A stretch of DNA of 64,000 nucleotides, taken from positions 64,001 through 128,000 of the forward strand of contig CAVRAL010000005.1 of assembly GCA_963719085.1 (NCBI GenBank), in the 5' to 3' direction. The translations under genes were made by a program, and so were the position numbers. This DNA comes from a candidate division FCPU426 bacterium. Lineage in GTDB: Bacteria > Oederibacteriota > Muellerivitia > Muellerivitales > Muellerivitaceae. Below are positions 9,556-18,683 of this stretch, piece by piece. The notes beneath the pieces were generated by a model that saw only the letters and a list, made by a program, of their open reading frames with translations, ran no database searches and had not been told where the DNA came from. Positions within the stretch are counted from its first letter, which is position 1, and each line of letters opens with the position of its first letter.

Positions 9556-12500
9556 TTTTTCCCCTTCTCGTGGAATGCGCTGTGAGGATCCAAGGGATCC
9601 AAGGAAGCCGTATAAGTCGGTTTATCCCGGTGCACAATGGCGTAAATGACCGGCATGATCAAAAGTGTAGTGCAGGTGGAGCCCATCAACCCTCCGATCA
9701 CGGCCCTAGCCAGGGGGGCGGTTTGTTGTCCGCTATCGCTCAAACCCAACGCCATGGGAATCATTCCCACGATCATGGCAATGGCGGTCATCAGGACCGG
9801 CCTTAAACGGCTTTGCGCTCCGTAGACCGCCGATTCCCAAGAATGCTTTCCAGCCCGTCGGGTCAAATCCGCGAAAGTGACCAAGAGAATGGAGTTGGCC
9901 ACGGAAACACCCACGGACATGATGATGCCCATGAAGGATTCGATATTGAGCGTGGAACCTGTAAAAAAAAGGAGAATCAGGGCCCCCGAAAGCACAGCCG
10001 GGACATTCGAAATAACAATTAAAGCGATGGGAAAGGACTCAAAACTCCCGGCCAACAGCAACAGGATGACCACCACGGAGATGACCAACCCGGATACCAA
10101 CCCATCCGTCATCTGGGATAAAGTAGCGCTTTGTCCCCGAATCCTGACCTTTACCCCTTTTGGGAGATTTTTGAGAATCGGTTCCAAAATTTTTTGCACT
10201 TTTTCAGAAGCGTGGCCCAAATCCAATCCAAATAAATTGGCTGTGACGGACACCATACGGGCCAAGTTGTAACGGTCATATTCAGCCACCTGGATTCCCG
10301 GCTCAATATCGGCGAAAGTTTTCAACGGAAGCGCTCCACCGTTCACAGCGATGGGGATATCCTTCAAATCGTCCACTGTTTGGACATCCTCCGGTGGAAC
10401 TTCCACCTGCACCTGGTAGTTCACCCCATCCTTTGGATCCTCCCAATAATTGGGCAATGTAAAACGGCTGGAAGAGGTCACGGGGATCAACGACCTGCCG
10501 ATATCGGTCACATGCACCCCCCGCAACCCCGCCTTTTCCCGGTCCACATTCACTTTCAAGTTGGGATAATCGAAAGGTTCCCCGAATCCCAAGTCCCTGA
10601 TCGCCGGCAGGGCCGCCAAGGCTGTTTTAACCTGAGTGGCAACCTGTCGGTCCTGTTCAAGGTTTTGTCCGTTCACATCCACGTCCAACAAGGTCGGCGC
10701 CCCGGCGCTCATGACCTTGTCCACTAAACCACTGGCCTCAAAAGAAATTTCCACACCCGGCAGTTCCTTTTGGAAAACCGACCGTAACTGCTCTTTTAGC
10801 AAAGCGGTTGAAACCTTGAAATCTTTCTTGAAAGCTACTTGGAGGACCGCTTCCTGCGGACCCGAAGTCCATAAAAAAATGGTATTAATCGCGTATTGTG
10901 TTGGTTGGGTCCCGACATAGCCCAGTGTGGTGTCCAAACTGTCCGCGCCGGCGGTCCTTTTAATCAATTCAATGGCCTTTAGGAGGACCTGTTCGGTCTG
11001 GTCAATGGGTGTGCCTGTTGGCGCTCGTAGTCGCAGTTGTAATTCGTGGCTTTCCACTTGCGGAAAGATCTCCCGACCGATATGGGTTCCCAGGAATCCA
11101 ATGGCCCCGGCCGCCATAATGGCGTAAGCGGCCAAAAAAACATGTTTGTGTTTATAGATAAACCTCAAAATCCGGCCGTGGATCCGTTTCATTTTTTCCA
11201 AAACCGTTTCCCCTCCGCCTTTGTGACCTTGCTCTTTTCTCAAAAACCAAGTCGCCAAGATCGGGACCAAGGTCATGGAAAGAAAAAAAGCCGAAATAAT
11301 GGAAAACCCCACCGACAAGGTTAGAGGCACAAAAAGGGCCTTGGACATCCCCCCCATGAAAAAGGCCGGAATGAAAACCGCCAGGATGCAAAACATCGTT
11401 AAAAGCGCGGGGCTGAAAATCTCGCTGGTGCCGTTAATGGCCGCATCGGCCAAGCTGTCCCCTTTGGCCAGCCGCACATGGATGTTCTCAATGGTGATCG
11501 TACTTTCATCCACCAATATCCCGATAGCGAGCGCCAGCCCGCCCAAGGTCATGATGTTGATCGTTTGATGGGCGATTTTCAGACCCACGATCGCGCCCAT
11601 CAAGGCCAAGGGAATATTGATGATGACGATAACGGCGCTCCTCCAGTCCCCTAGGAAAAGCAGCACCATGAGGCCGGTTAAAAGAGCCCCCATCAGCCCT
11701 TCAAAGGCCAACGAGGTAATGGAATCCTTGACTGCCCCGGATTGATCGAACTCATATTTCACCCGGATATCGTCCGGCAGTACATTTTGGAAGGAACTCA
11801 GATTGTCTTTGACCTCATTCACCACGGTCAAGGTGGAGGCATCGGAGCGTTTGATGACCGGAAGGTAAATGGTCCGTTTGCCGTTCAAGAGCGCGTATCC
11901 CACCTGGATATCAGTGGAGTCCTGGACGGTCGCCACGTCCCCAATCAAGACGGTTGGATAGGTCCCCAACCGGATCGGGACTTTCAACAAATCGTCGATA
12001 TTGGTGACGATCGAATTCATGGGGACAATGGGATATTGGTTCCCGATCTTGATCCTTCCCGAAGGAATGATCTGGTTTGATTTGGCCAAAGCTTCCACCA
12101 CATCCTCAGGTGAAATGTTGTAACGTCCCAACTTCTTGGGATCCACACTGATGACAATGGCGCGGGGACTGGAGCCGAAGGAATCCGAAACCAAAAGTCC
12201 GGGCAGGGTCGCCACCAACGGACGCACGTAGTTCAGGGCGTAGTCCTCCACCTCCCCTAGCCCTCTCGTGTCGCTGGAAAAAACCAAGTCACCGACGGGC
12301 AGGTTTCCGCTGTCAAACCGCATAATCAGGGGCGGAAGAGTCCCCGGCGGCATATTCTTCAAGGCTCGGGTGGAGCGGGACACCACTTCTCCCATCGCGC
12401 TCGACATGTCGGTATCGGGATGAAACTGAAGCTTGATTAAGGTGACTTCTCCGATGCTTTTGGACTCGATATGCTCAATTCCGTTAACATAAGAAAACTG

Positions 12501-12755
12501 TTTCTCAAAGTTATAAGCCACGAAACTTTCCATTTGGCTTGGATCCAAGCCCCCAAATGGTTCCACTACGTAAATACTCGGCGTGCCCAAGCTCGGAAAA
12601 ATATCGAATTGCATGTTTAAAAGATTGTCAATCGCTCCCAAGGCAATAGCGACCGCCAGCACTACAACGGTGATCGGCCGTCGCATAGCCCACTGGACCA
12701 GCCCCACACGGGAGAAACGATCGAGTGATTCACGAACTTTTTCTTTGACGGACAT
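9552..12755 (-). CDS. RND efflux transporter permease (AcrB/CusA superfamily)
   Basis: About 1070 aa; INIMTLGGLALAIGILVDE, SRLRPVLMT, APLARAVIGGL. Confidence 0.95.
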   Translation of the reverse strand: MSVKEKVRESLDRFSRVGLVQWAMRRPITVVVLAVAIALGAIDNLLNMQFDIFPSLGTPSIYVVEPFGGLDPSQMESFVAYNFEKQFSYVNGIEHIESKSIGEVTLIKLQFHPDTDMSSAMGEVVSRSTRALKNMPPGTLPPLIMRFDSGNLPVGDLVFSSDTRGLGEVEDYALNYVRPLVATLPGLLVSDSFGSSPRAIVISVDPKKLGRYNISPEDVVEALAKSNQIIPSGRIKIGNQYPIVPMNSIVTNIDDLLKVPIRLGTYPTVLIGDVATVQDSTDIQVGYALLNGKRTIYLPVIKRSDASTLTVVNEVKDNLSSFQNVLPDDIRVKYEFDQSGAVKDSITSLAFEGLMGALLTGLMVLLFLGDWRSAVIVIINIPLALMGAIVGLKIAHQTINIMTLGGLALAIGILVDESTITIENIHVRLAKGDSLADAAINGTSEIFSPALLTMFCILAVFIPAFFMGGMSKALFVPLTLSVGFSIISAFFLSMTLVPILATWFLRKEQGHKGGGETVLEKMKRIHGRILRFIYKHKHVFLAAYAIMAAGAIGFLGTHIGREIFPQVESHELQLRLRAPTGTPIDQTEQVLLKAIELIKRTAGADSLDTTLGYVGTQPTQYAINTIFLWTSGPQEAVLQVAFKKDFKVSTALLKEQLRSVFQKELPGVEISFEASGLVDKVMSAGAPTLLDVDVNGQNLEQDRQVATQVKTALAALPAIRDLGFGEPFDYPNLKVNVDREKAGLRGVHVTDIGRSLIPVTSSSRFTLPNYWEDPKDGVNYQVQVEVPPEDVQTVDDLKDIPIAVNGGALPLKTFADIEPGIQVAEYDRYNLARMVSVTANLFGLDLGHASEKVQKILEPILKNLPKGVKVRIRGQSATLSQMTDGLVSGLVISVVVILLLLAGSFESFPIALIVISNVPAVLSGALILLFFTGSTLNIESFMGIIMSVGVSVANSILLVTFADLTRRAGKHSWESAVYGAQSRLRPVLMTAIAMIVGMIPMALGLSDSGQQTAPLARAVIGGLMGSTCTTLLIMPVIYAIVHRDKPTYTASLDPLDPHSAFHEKGKK

Positions 12756-12970
12756 GATTTTCCTCAAATGAACTGAAATAGTTGTGTGCGCTTATTTTCG
12801 GTTAAAGGGATGTGGCATGGATTCGGCGGCCCACGGAGCTAGGCTTTGGCTTTTTTCGGAAAACCACGAATAAGCGGAAACCCCTCCAAGGGCCAAAACG
12901 ATCCCCCATGAATGAAAACAGGATATTTCGCAACACCCGCTTCACTCTTAACGGAATCCCGGGTCCAGCG

Positions 12971-13687
12971 TCACTGAACCTTCGCGATATCCGCAGATGT
13001 TTTATTGTCCGCTTCCGCTTTTTCTTTAGCCGGCATTTCGGCGAGGTTTTTACGCCATTGGGCAAAGGCACCGTTTTTGAAATAGTCATCCGAAACATAA
13101 ATCAAAAAACCGGCAGCCGGCTTCATGGGATCCGAAAGATCCTCATAGTAGCTGTTAGCCTTCACAAAATAGGCTCTCGACCCGGGATCAACCGCATAAC
13201 GCGTATAAAGCAGTTGGAGCATATTCCAGCCATCATCAGCGCTATCGTGATTCAGAAAAGAACGGTAATCAGAGGAATCCAAACGTTTGCGCTTTTCCCC
13301 AATCGCCTTTTGGACTTTATCGCAATCTTTTTCAGCGATGGGTGTCAAAGCCATGCAATATTTTCCGTCGTAAAAAACATAACGGGTGTCGTCATTCCGA
13401 GCTTTGAGCACGGAAAAGTTTCGAGGTCTTGCCGGATCATCCGGTTTCACTTCGTGAAAATCCATCAGCAGATAATCCGCGGCCCTGGCCGCAACCGGAT
13501 CCAAATCTACCGTCGCCGAAAGGCTCTTTTCTTTTCGGGCATCCGCTAAGGAGGTCCCCCAATCCATGCCCAGATAGCCCTTTACCTCCGGAGTCGGATC
13601 GCCGAACGACATCATTGGACCCAAGCTTAAAAAAAGCATGGCTAAAAAAATAAAAAAAGAACTATTGAACAGAAATTTTTTTTTCAT
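12971..13687 (-). CDS. Hypothetical exported protein
   Basis: AAGGAG RBS before ATG 13687; N-terminal signal/TM segment. Confidence 0.7.
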   Translation of the reverse strand: MKKKFLFNSSFFIFLAMLFLSLGPMMSFGDPTPEVKGYLGMDWGTSLADARKEKSLSATVDLDPVAARAADYLLMDFHEVKPDDPARPRNFSVLKARNDDTRYVFYDGKYCMALTPIAEKDCDKVQKAIGEKRKRLDSSDYRSFLNHDSADDGWNMLQLLYTRYAVDPGSRAYFVKANSYYEDLSDPMKPAAGFLIYVSDDYFKNGAFAQWRKNLAEMPAKEKAEADNKTSADIAKVQ

Positions 13688-13825
13688 TGAAAGGCTCCTT
13701 AAGAAATTGACCCAATCCCGAATCGAACGGGATTTTGGCCTTTTGGTTCCACAAACAAACAAGTCTGTAACCGGGGAAATTAAAACGAACCCCGGTTAAA
13801 GCGCTTCGTTATTTTGCGGAACTTT

Positions 13826-14170
13826 TCAGATTCTTAAGGTAAGAAACCGGCTCGGAACGGAAGGTGAAAATCGAGGAGAAGTTGACGAAAAAAAATTCTC
13901 TCTTATTCCCCAGGAAAATTCAGTCATTTTTCCCGAGGGCAAAAAAGAATGTACAAAAACATCATTTTGTTTCTTGTTGTCCAAAAAAGAGCAACGACAA
14001 GAATCAAGATGAACCTCCGAAGAGGGAGATAATCCATGGCTTGAGACGGGATGGCTCAAATTGGTTAAAAAAGAAATTTGCGAGGCATTCGTTATGCTCG
14101 GCCTCATTGAAAAAAGGAAAAACGCCATTACCAATACGAAATAGTTAAAGATTTTCAGCGAATGACGCAT
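13826..14170 (-). CDS. Small hypothetical exported/leader protein
   Basis: N-terminal hydrophobic segment, His/Cys patch (SHPVSSH...HLDSCRC), C-terminal FLTLRI; first gene of the RND block. Confidence 0.5.
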   Translation of the reverse strand: MRHSLKIFNYFVLVMAFFLFSMRPSITNASQISFLTNLSHPVSSHGLSPSSEVHLDSCRCSFLDNKKQNDVFVHSFLPSGKMTEFSWGIRENFFSSTSPRFSPSVPSRFLTLRI

Positions 14171-14269
14171 ATGGGCATAAAACCTTATTAAAAATTTACG
14201 GTTGAGGCCACTGGAGATTAGACGGTTTAATATTCTCTCAAGTTTCACAATAAATTACCCGCCAAACAC

Positions 14270-14809
14270 TCAAACACATAAGTGACTAACCATCAAACCT
14301 ACCTGCGCGCTGAGCAGTCCCAGAATCATTCCGGCCAAGACATCGGTCGGGTAATGAACACCCAAATAAACCCTGGAAAAGCCGACTAAAAAGGCCCAGA
14401 GCATCGCGGGCAAAGCCAGGATGGGAAAAGCCGTCATGGCGATGGAAGCCATGAGAAAAGCCGCGGCGGTATGGCCTGAGGGAAAACTAAACTCATCCGG
14501 CGGGGCGATTAAAAACCGGACACCCTCGAGCGTTTTAAAGGGACGGGGGCGGCGGATTCCTTTTTTCAAAAGGTAATAAAGGCTTAACTCCAGACTAAAA
14601 GCAGCCAAACCCGCTAAAAGAAACGGGAGCGTCACCGAAGGTTTGATCGCCAGACCCAAGAGGGCCAGAAGCGCGCAAGAAAAACCATCGGCGCTCTTGG
14701 AAAGGCCGTAAAAAAAACGCTTCAATGTTTTCCGATCCATTTGGCCGAAAATCCATTGAAACACTTGGGTATCCCAAGCCGTCATTTGTTGAATCCAAAT
14801 CCGAACCAT
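14270..14809 (-). CDS. PAP2 family membrane phosphatase
   Basis: KKGIRRPRP, SFPSGH, SRVYLGVHYPTDV motifs. Confidence 0.95.
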   Translation of the reverse strand: MVRIWIQQMTAWDTQVFQWIFGQMDRKTLKRFFYGLSKSADGFSCALLALLGLAIKPSVTLPFLLAGLAAFSLELSLYYLLKKGIRRPRPFKTLEGVRFLIAPPDEFSFPSGHTAAAFLMASIAMTAFPILALPAMLWAFLVGFSRVYLGVHYPTDVLAGMILGLLSAQVGLMVSHLCV

Positions 14810-14869
14810 AACGATTCCCTTTTCCCCGATGAAATACGGGCTTTCGACGGGGTAAGTGTAGAATTCGCG

Positions 14870-14886
14870 TGTTTCGGGCTTGTAAA
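14870..14886 (-). promoter_or_regulatory. Possible Pho box upstream of PAP2
   Basis: Minus strand TTTACA-AGCCC-GAAACA; TACACT at 14855-14860. Confidence 0.5.
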
Positions 14887-14995
14887 AAGCTCATCAAAAG
14901 GCCGGAAACTTATCCACATTTTCATCAACCCAAAATCTCTATATTTTCGGGGCAAAGTCCTGTTAAAAAACCCCCAAAAACGGTGGTTTTAAGGC

Positions 14996-15012
14996 TTTAC
15001 AGTGAATTAACA
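14996..15012 (+). promoter_or_regulatory. Putative Pho box upstream of the ppx operon
   Basis: TTTACA-GTGAA-TTAACA. Confidence 0.72.
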
Positions 15013-15101
15013 TAGAAACTTCGAAAATCCTCTTATATATCAGGTTCATTCGCGGGATTTTTCCGCGTTTTTAATGAATCACTCTTATTCGAAGGACTGC
15101 C

Positions 15102-16613
15102 ATGCCGACCTTAGGTTCTATTGACGTCGGATCCAACGCCATGCGTTTGGCCGTTGGGTTCGTGGACCGAAACCGCAACCTTCATGTCGTGGAGGATATC
15201 CGCGAGCCGGTTCGTTTGGGACAAGACGTTTTCACCAAAGGTTCCATCAGCCGGGAAACCACCCAAAAAGCCGTGGAAGCTTTCAAACGTTTCCGGGAAG
15301 TGCTCGAACAGCACCAGGTCGTCCAGGTTCGGGCCGTCGGAACCAGCGCCCTGCGGGAAGCCCGCAACCGGGATATTTTCCTCAAAAAAATAGCGCAAAC
15401 CAGCGGCCTAGAGCTCAAGACCATCGGGTCCGAGGAAGAAGCCCTCTTGGTTTACCTGGCTGTCTCCAAAAAAATAGCCCTCGAGGACAAGACCGCCATG
15501 CTGATTGATATCGGCGGCGGCAGCGTGGAAGTGACCCTGGCCCGCAACGCCAAGATTTTGGCCACCGAAAGCTTCAAAATGGGCGCGGTGCGCCTGATGC
15601 AGGTTTTGGAACAAAAAACCTACGGCGAAAAAAAATTCAACCTGATGCTCCAAGAATACGTGGAAGCCGCGCGCAAACGGTTCAATCAAAAATTGGCGGG
15701 GCAAAAAGCGGAAATCTGCGTGGGCACCGGCGGCAACGTGGACGCCCTCTCGGATTTAAAGGGCCAGCTTTTGCGCTCCACCGACACCGGCTTCGTCACC
15801 CAAAAGGAATTGGATCTTTTAATCGCCAAGCTTCGCAAACTTTCCTATGAAGACCGCATCCTGAAGCTACGCCTGCGTCCGGACCGCGCGGACGTCATTT
15901 TACCCGCAGCCATCGTGCTTCGGGAAATTATGAAGGTCGGCAAAGCCACCCGGGTCTACATTCCCCATGTGGGCTTGAAGGAAGGCATCCTGATCGACAT
16001 GGTGTCCGAGCTTCTAAGCGGCAAGCCTCCCCTGCACCGGGACGAGGTATTGGCCGCCGCCAAGTTGCTGGGACAGAAATACCAATACGACGAACCGCAC
16101 GCCCAGCAAGTGGCCAAACTGTCCGTTGAGTTGTTCGACAAAACCAAAAAACTCCACCGCCTGGGCGACGACAACCGTTTGCTTTTGGAAGCCGCCGCCT
16201 ATGTGCATGACATCGGCCAATTCGTCAATTACGCCGCCCATCACAAACATTCCTATTACCTGATCCGTTCCTCACAAATCATGGGGCTCAACGACCATCA
16301 GCTGGAACTGGTGGCCAATATCGCCCGCTACCACCGCAAAGCCGTACCCCTTTTAAAACATGAGTCTTACCGCGCGCTGGAACCCAAAGACCGGGTCCTG
16401 GTCGCCAAGCTCGCTTCCCTTTTGCGCGTCGCCGACGCCATGGACCACGAGCACGCGTCCAAAGTCCAAGGCTTTAAAGTGCAGTATAAACGGCCCCATT
16501 TTTCCGTGACCCTGCGCGGGCATGACGATCTTCTTCTAGAAAAATGGTCCTTGCTAAAAAAATCCGATTTGTTCCAAAAGACTTTCAAGCTTAAATTTTC
16601 AGTAAGAAGCTGA
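15102..16613 (+). CDS. ppx: Ppx/GppA exopolyphosphatase with HD domain
   Basis: IDVGSNA, GTSALREA, DIGGGSVE, DRADVI, HDIG and RYHRK motifs. Confidence 0.95.
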   Translation: MPTLGSIDVGSNAMRLAVGFVDRNRNLHVVEDIREPVRLGQDVFTKGSISRETTQKAVEAFKRFREVLEQHQVVQVRAVGTSALREARNRDIFLKKIAQTSGLELKTIGSEEEALLVYLAVSKKIALEDKTAMLIDIGGGSVEVTLARNAKILATESFKMGAVRLMQVLEQKTYGEKKFNLMLQEYVEAARKRFNQKLAGQKAEICVGTGGNVDALSDLKGQLLRSTDTGFVTQKELDLLIAKLRKLSYEDRILKLRLRPDRADVILPAAIVLREIMKVGKATRVYIPHVGLKEGILIDMVSELLSGKPPLHRDEVLAAAKLLGQKYQYDEPHAQQVAKLSVELFDKTKKLHRLGDDNRLLLEAAAYVHDIGQFVNYAAHHKHSYYLIRSSQIMGLNDHQLELVANIARYHRKAVPLLKHESYRALEPKDRVLVAKLASLLRVADAMDHEHASKVQGFKVQYKRPHFSVTLRGHDDLLLEKWSLLKKSDLFQKTFKLKFSVRS

Positions 16614-16620
16614 GGCATTC

Positions 16621-17053
16621 AACAATGATGGACGCAGATGAACGCGGATGAGAACTATGGAAATAAATGAAATAACGGAAAAGACGATTGGAGCCGCCTA
16701 TAAAGTGAGCAACGCCTTGGGAGCGGGGTTTTTGGAAAAGGTTTACGAAAACGCCCTTTTCCTTGAATTACAAAAAATTGGTTTGAAAGTTAACCGGCAG
16801 CATCCGATTGTCGTCCGATACGAAGCTAATATTGTCGGGGAATATTTCGCGGATTTGCTAGTCGAGGATAAGGTCCTTATCGAACTAAAGACGGTCGAAA
16901 GTCTCTCGTCTATTCATTCAGCACAATGTTTAAATTATTTGAAAGCAACCGGTTTTAATGTGTGTCTTCTAATGAATTTTGCGGAAAGAAAATTGAAAAT
17001 AAAACGTTTAGTGAATCATTTTTAATCTGCGTTCATCTGCGTTCATCATTGTT
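16621..17053. mobile_element. Putative mobile cassette: GxxExxY gene bracketed by 29-bp inverted repeats
   Basis: Left AACAATGATGGACGCAGATGAACGCGGAT (16621-16649), right ATCTGCGTTCATCTGCGTTCATCATTGTT (17025-17053), 27/29 complementary; visibly AT-rich; sits between ppx and the tmk-like genes. Confidence 0.7.
16657..17025 (+). CDS. GxxExxY protein (PD-(D/E)xK nuclease superfamily)
   Basis: LGAGFLEKVYENAL (GxxExxY), ADLLVEDKVLIELK catalytic-type motif, AQCLNYLKATG. Confidence 0.95.
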   Translation: MEINEITEKTIGAAYKVSNALGAGFLEKVYENALFLELQKIGLKVNRQHPIVVRYEANIVGEYFADLLVEDKVLIELKTVESLSSIHSAQCLNYLKATGFNVCLLMNFAERKLKIKRLVNHF

Positions 17054-17073
17054 AATTGAAGGAGTGTTTTATT

Positions 17074-17772
17074 ATGGTCACAAAAGCGAAGCCCAAAGAA
17101 ATTGAAGGCAAGTTGATCGCGGTGGAAGGCCTGGACGGCTCGGGTAAATCCACCCAAATCCGCCTTTTGAAGCGTTGGCTGGAATTGGAAGGCTATAAGG
17201 TTTTTTTCACCGAGTGGAATTCCTCCGAGTTGGTGAAAAAAGCCACCCGTAAGGGGAAAAAGAAAAAACTTTTGACGCCCACCACCTTTTCCTTGATCCA
17301 TTGCACCGATTTCGCCGACCGTTACGAAAGACAAATTTTACCCCTGCTGAAGGGCGGCTATATTGTTTTGGCCGACCGCTATGTCTACACCGCCTTCGCC
17401 CGAGACGCGGTGCGCGGCTGCGATAAGGATTGGCTGCGGAAGCTCTATCGTTTCGCCCGCAAACCCGACATCACCTTCTTTTTCGAGGTTCCCCTGGACG
17501 TCGCCCTGGGCCGCATTTTGGACGGACGGCCGGCCTTGAAATACCACGAAGCCGGTATGGACATGGGCTTTTCCAAGGACCCTTATGAATCCTTTAAAAT
17601 TTTCCAGGGCAAGATTTATGAGGAATACGGGCGCATCTTCAAGGAATTCCCGGCTGAAAAAGTGAACGCCACCGAGCCTTCCGAAATCCAACAGGCCAAG
17701 ATGCGGGACATCGTCAAAAAACGAATCGACCTAAAATCCTTTAAATTGAAGACCCAGGGAGCGCGCGTATGA
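17074..17772 (+). CDS. Thymidylate-kinase-like protein 1 (probable PPK3 subunit)
   Basis: EGLDGSGKST P-loop, ADRYVYT; AAGGAG RBS; ppx operon. Confidence 0.85.
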   Translation: MVTKAKPKEIEGKLIAVEGLDGSGKSTQIRLLKRWLELEGYKVFFTEWNSSELVKKATRKGKKKKLLTPTTFSLIHCTDFADRYERQILPLLKGGYIVLADRYVYTAFARDAVRGCDKDWLRKLYRFARKPDITFFFEVPLDVALGRILDGRPALKYHEAGMDMGFSKDPYESFKIFQGKIYEEYGRIFKEFPAEKVNATEPSEIQQAKMRDIVKKRIDLKSFKLKTQGARV

Positions 17773-18557
17773 GATCCAAACGTTTTTACGGCAAAGGATT
17801 GCCGAATGTGGACCCGAGCCAGCTGAAAGGAACCCTGATTGTGCTGGAAGGATCCGATGGCAGCGGCCGCTCCACCCAAATCGGGCTTCTTCAAAATTGG
17901 CTGGAACGCCGGGGATTCCCCACGGTCGTCGTCGGGCTGAAGCGCTCCGAGTTGGTGGGGGAAGCCCTCGCCGAGGCCATGCGGGGAAACACGCTGAACG
18001 CCATCACCTTGAATCTTTTTTACGCCACCGATTTCGCCGACCAGTTGGAGCGGGTGCTTTTACCGGCCTTGAAATCAGGTTTCGTGGTTTTGGCCGACCG
18101 CTATATCTATACCTTAATGGCCCGGGACATTGTGCGCGGGTCATCTTTGGAATGGCTGAAAGAAATCTACGGCATCGCCCTGGTGCCGGACGCGGTTTTT
18201 TACTTGAACGTCAGCCCCAAGCTTTTGGCCGAACGCAATTTCCGCAAACGGGGATTTTTGGACTATTGGGAATCGGGAATGGACATCCAGCGGGTGGGCG
18301 GCATGTACGATAATTTCATAAAGTACCAGTCCAAGCTGCACCGCATCTTCGAGACGCTTCAAAAAGAATACGCTTTTACCACCATCCAAGGCGGCCGGTC
18401 CGTCCGGGCCGTCTTCAAAGAAATTAAAACCAAGGTGGAAAAGATATTGACCGCTTCCTCCGCGGCGGAAAAGTCGGCCATGGCCTTGGAAATCTCAGCC
18501 GTCACCGTGGAGCCGACCGAGCACCCCTCCGAAAGCGACGACTCCACAGCCAAATAA
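17769..18557 (+). CDS. Thymidylate-kinase-like protein 2 (probable second PPK3 subunit)
   Basis: EGSDGSGRST (Lys to Arg P-loop), ADRYIYT; ATGA overlap with its paralog. Confidence 0.85.
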   Translation: MRSKRFYGKGLPNVDPSQLKGTLIVLEGSDGSGRSTQIGLLQNWLERRGFPTVVVGLKRSELVGEALAEAMRGNTLNAITLNLFYATDFADQLERVLLPALKSGFVVLADRYIYTLMARDIVRGSSLEWLKEIYGIALVPDAVFYLNVSPKLLAERNFRKRGFLDYWESGMDIQRVGGMYDNFIKYQSKLHRIFETLQKEYAFTTIQGGRSVRAVFKEIKTKVEKILTASSAAEKSAMALEISAVTVEPTEHPSESDDSTAK

Positions 18558-18581
18558 CGGACAAGACTCAAAAAGGCGTTT

Positions 18582-18665
18582 ACCACGAAGTTACGCGGAG
18601 TGAACCGAGTCAGGCCTTCGACATAATTGTTTTTTAACTCCGCGTAACTCGGTTAACTCCGTGGT
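18582..18665. repeat. Intergenic palindromic element (ACCACG/GAGTT family)
   Basis: ACCACGAAGTTACGCGGAGTGAACCGAGT ... AACTCCGCGTAACTCGGTTAACTCCGTGGT between convergent genes. Confidence 0.75.
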
Positions 18666-18683
18666 TCAATCGATTTAAGGTCC

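Noticed and set aside
17074..18557. Calling the pair tmk
   Set aside because: Tandem paralogs in a ppx operon and a Lys-to-Arg P-loop argue against a housekeeping dTMP kinase; symbol withheld
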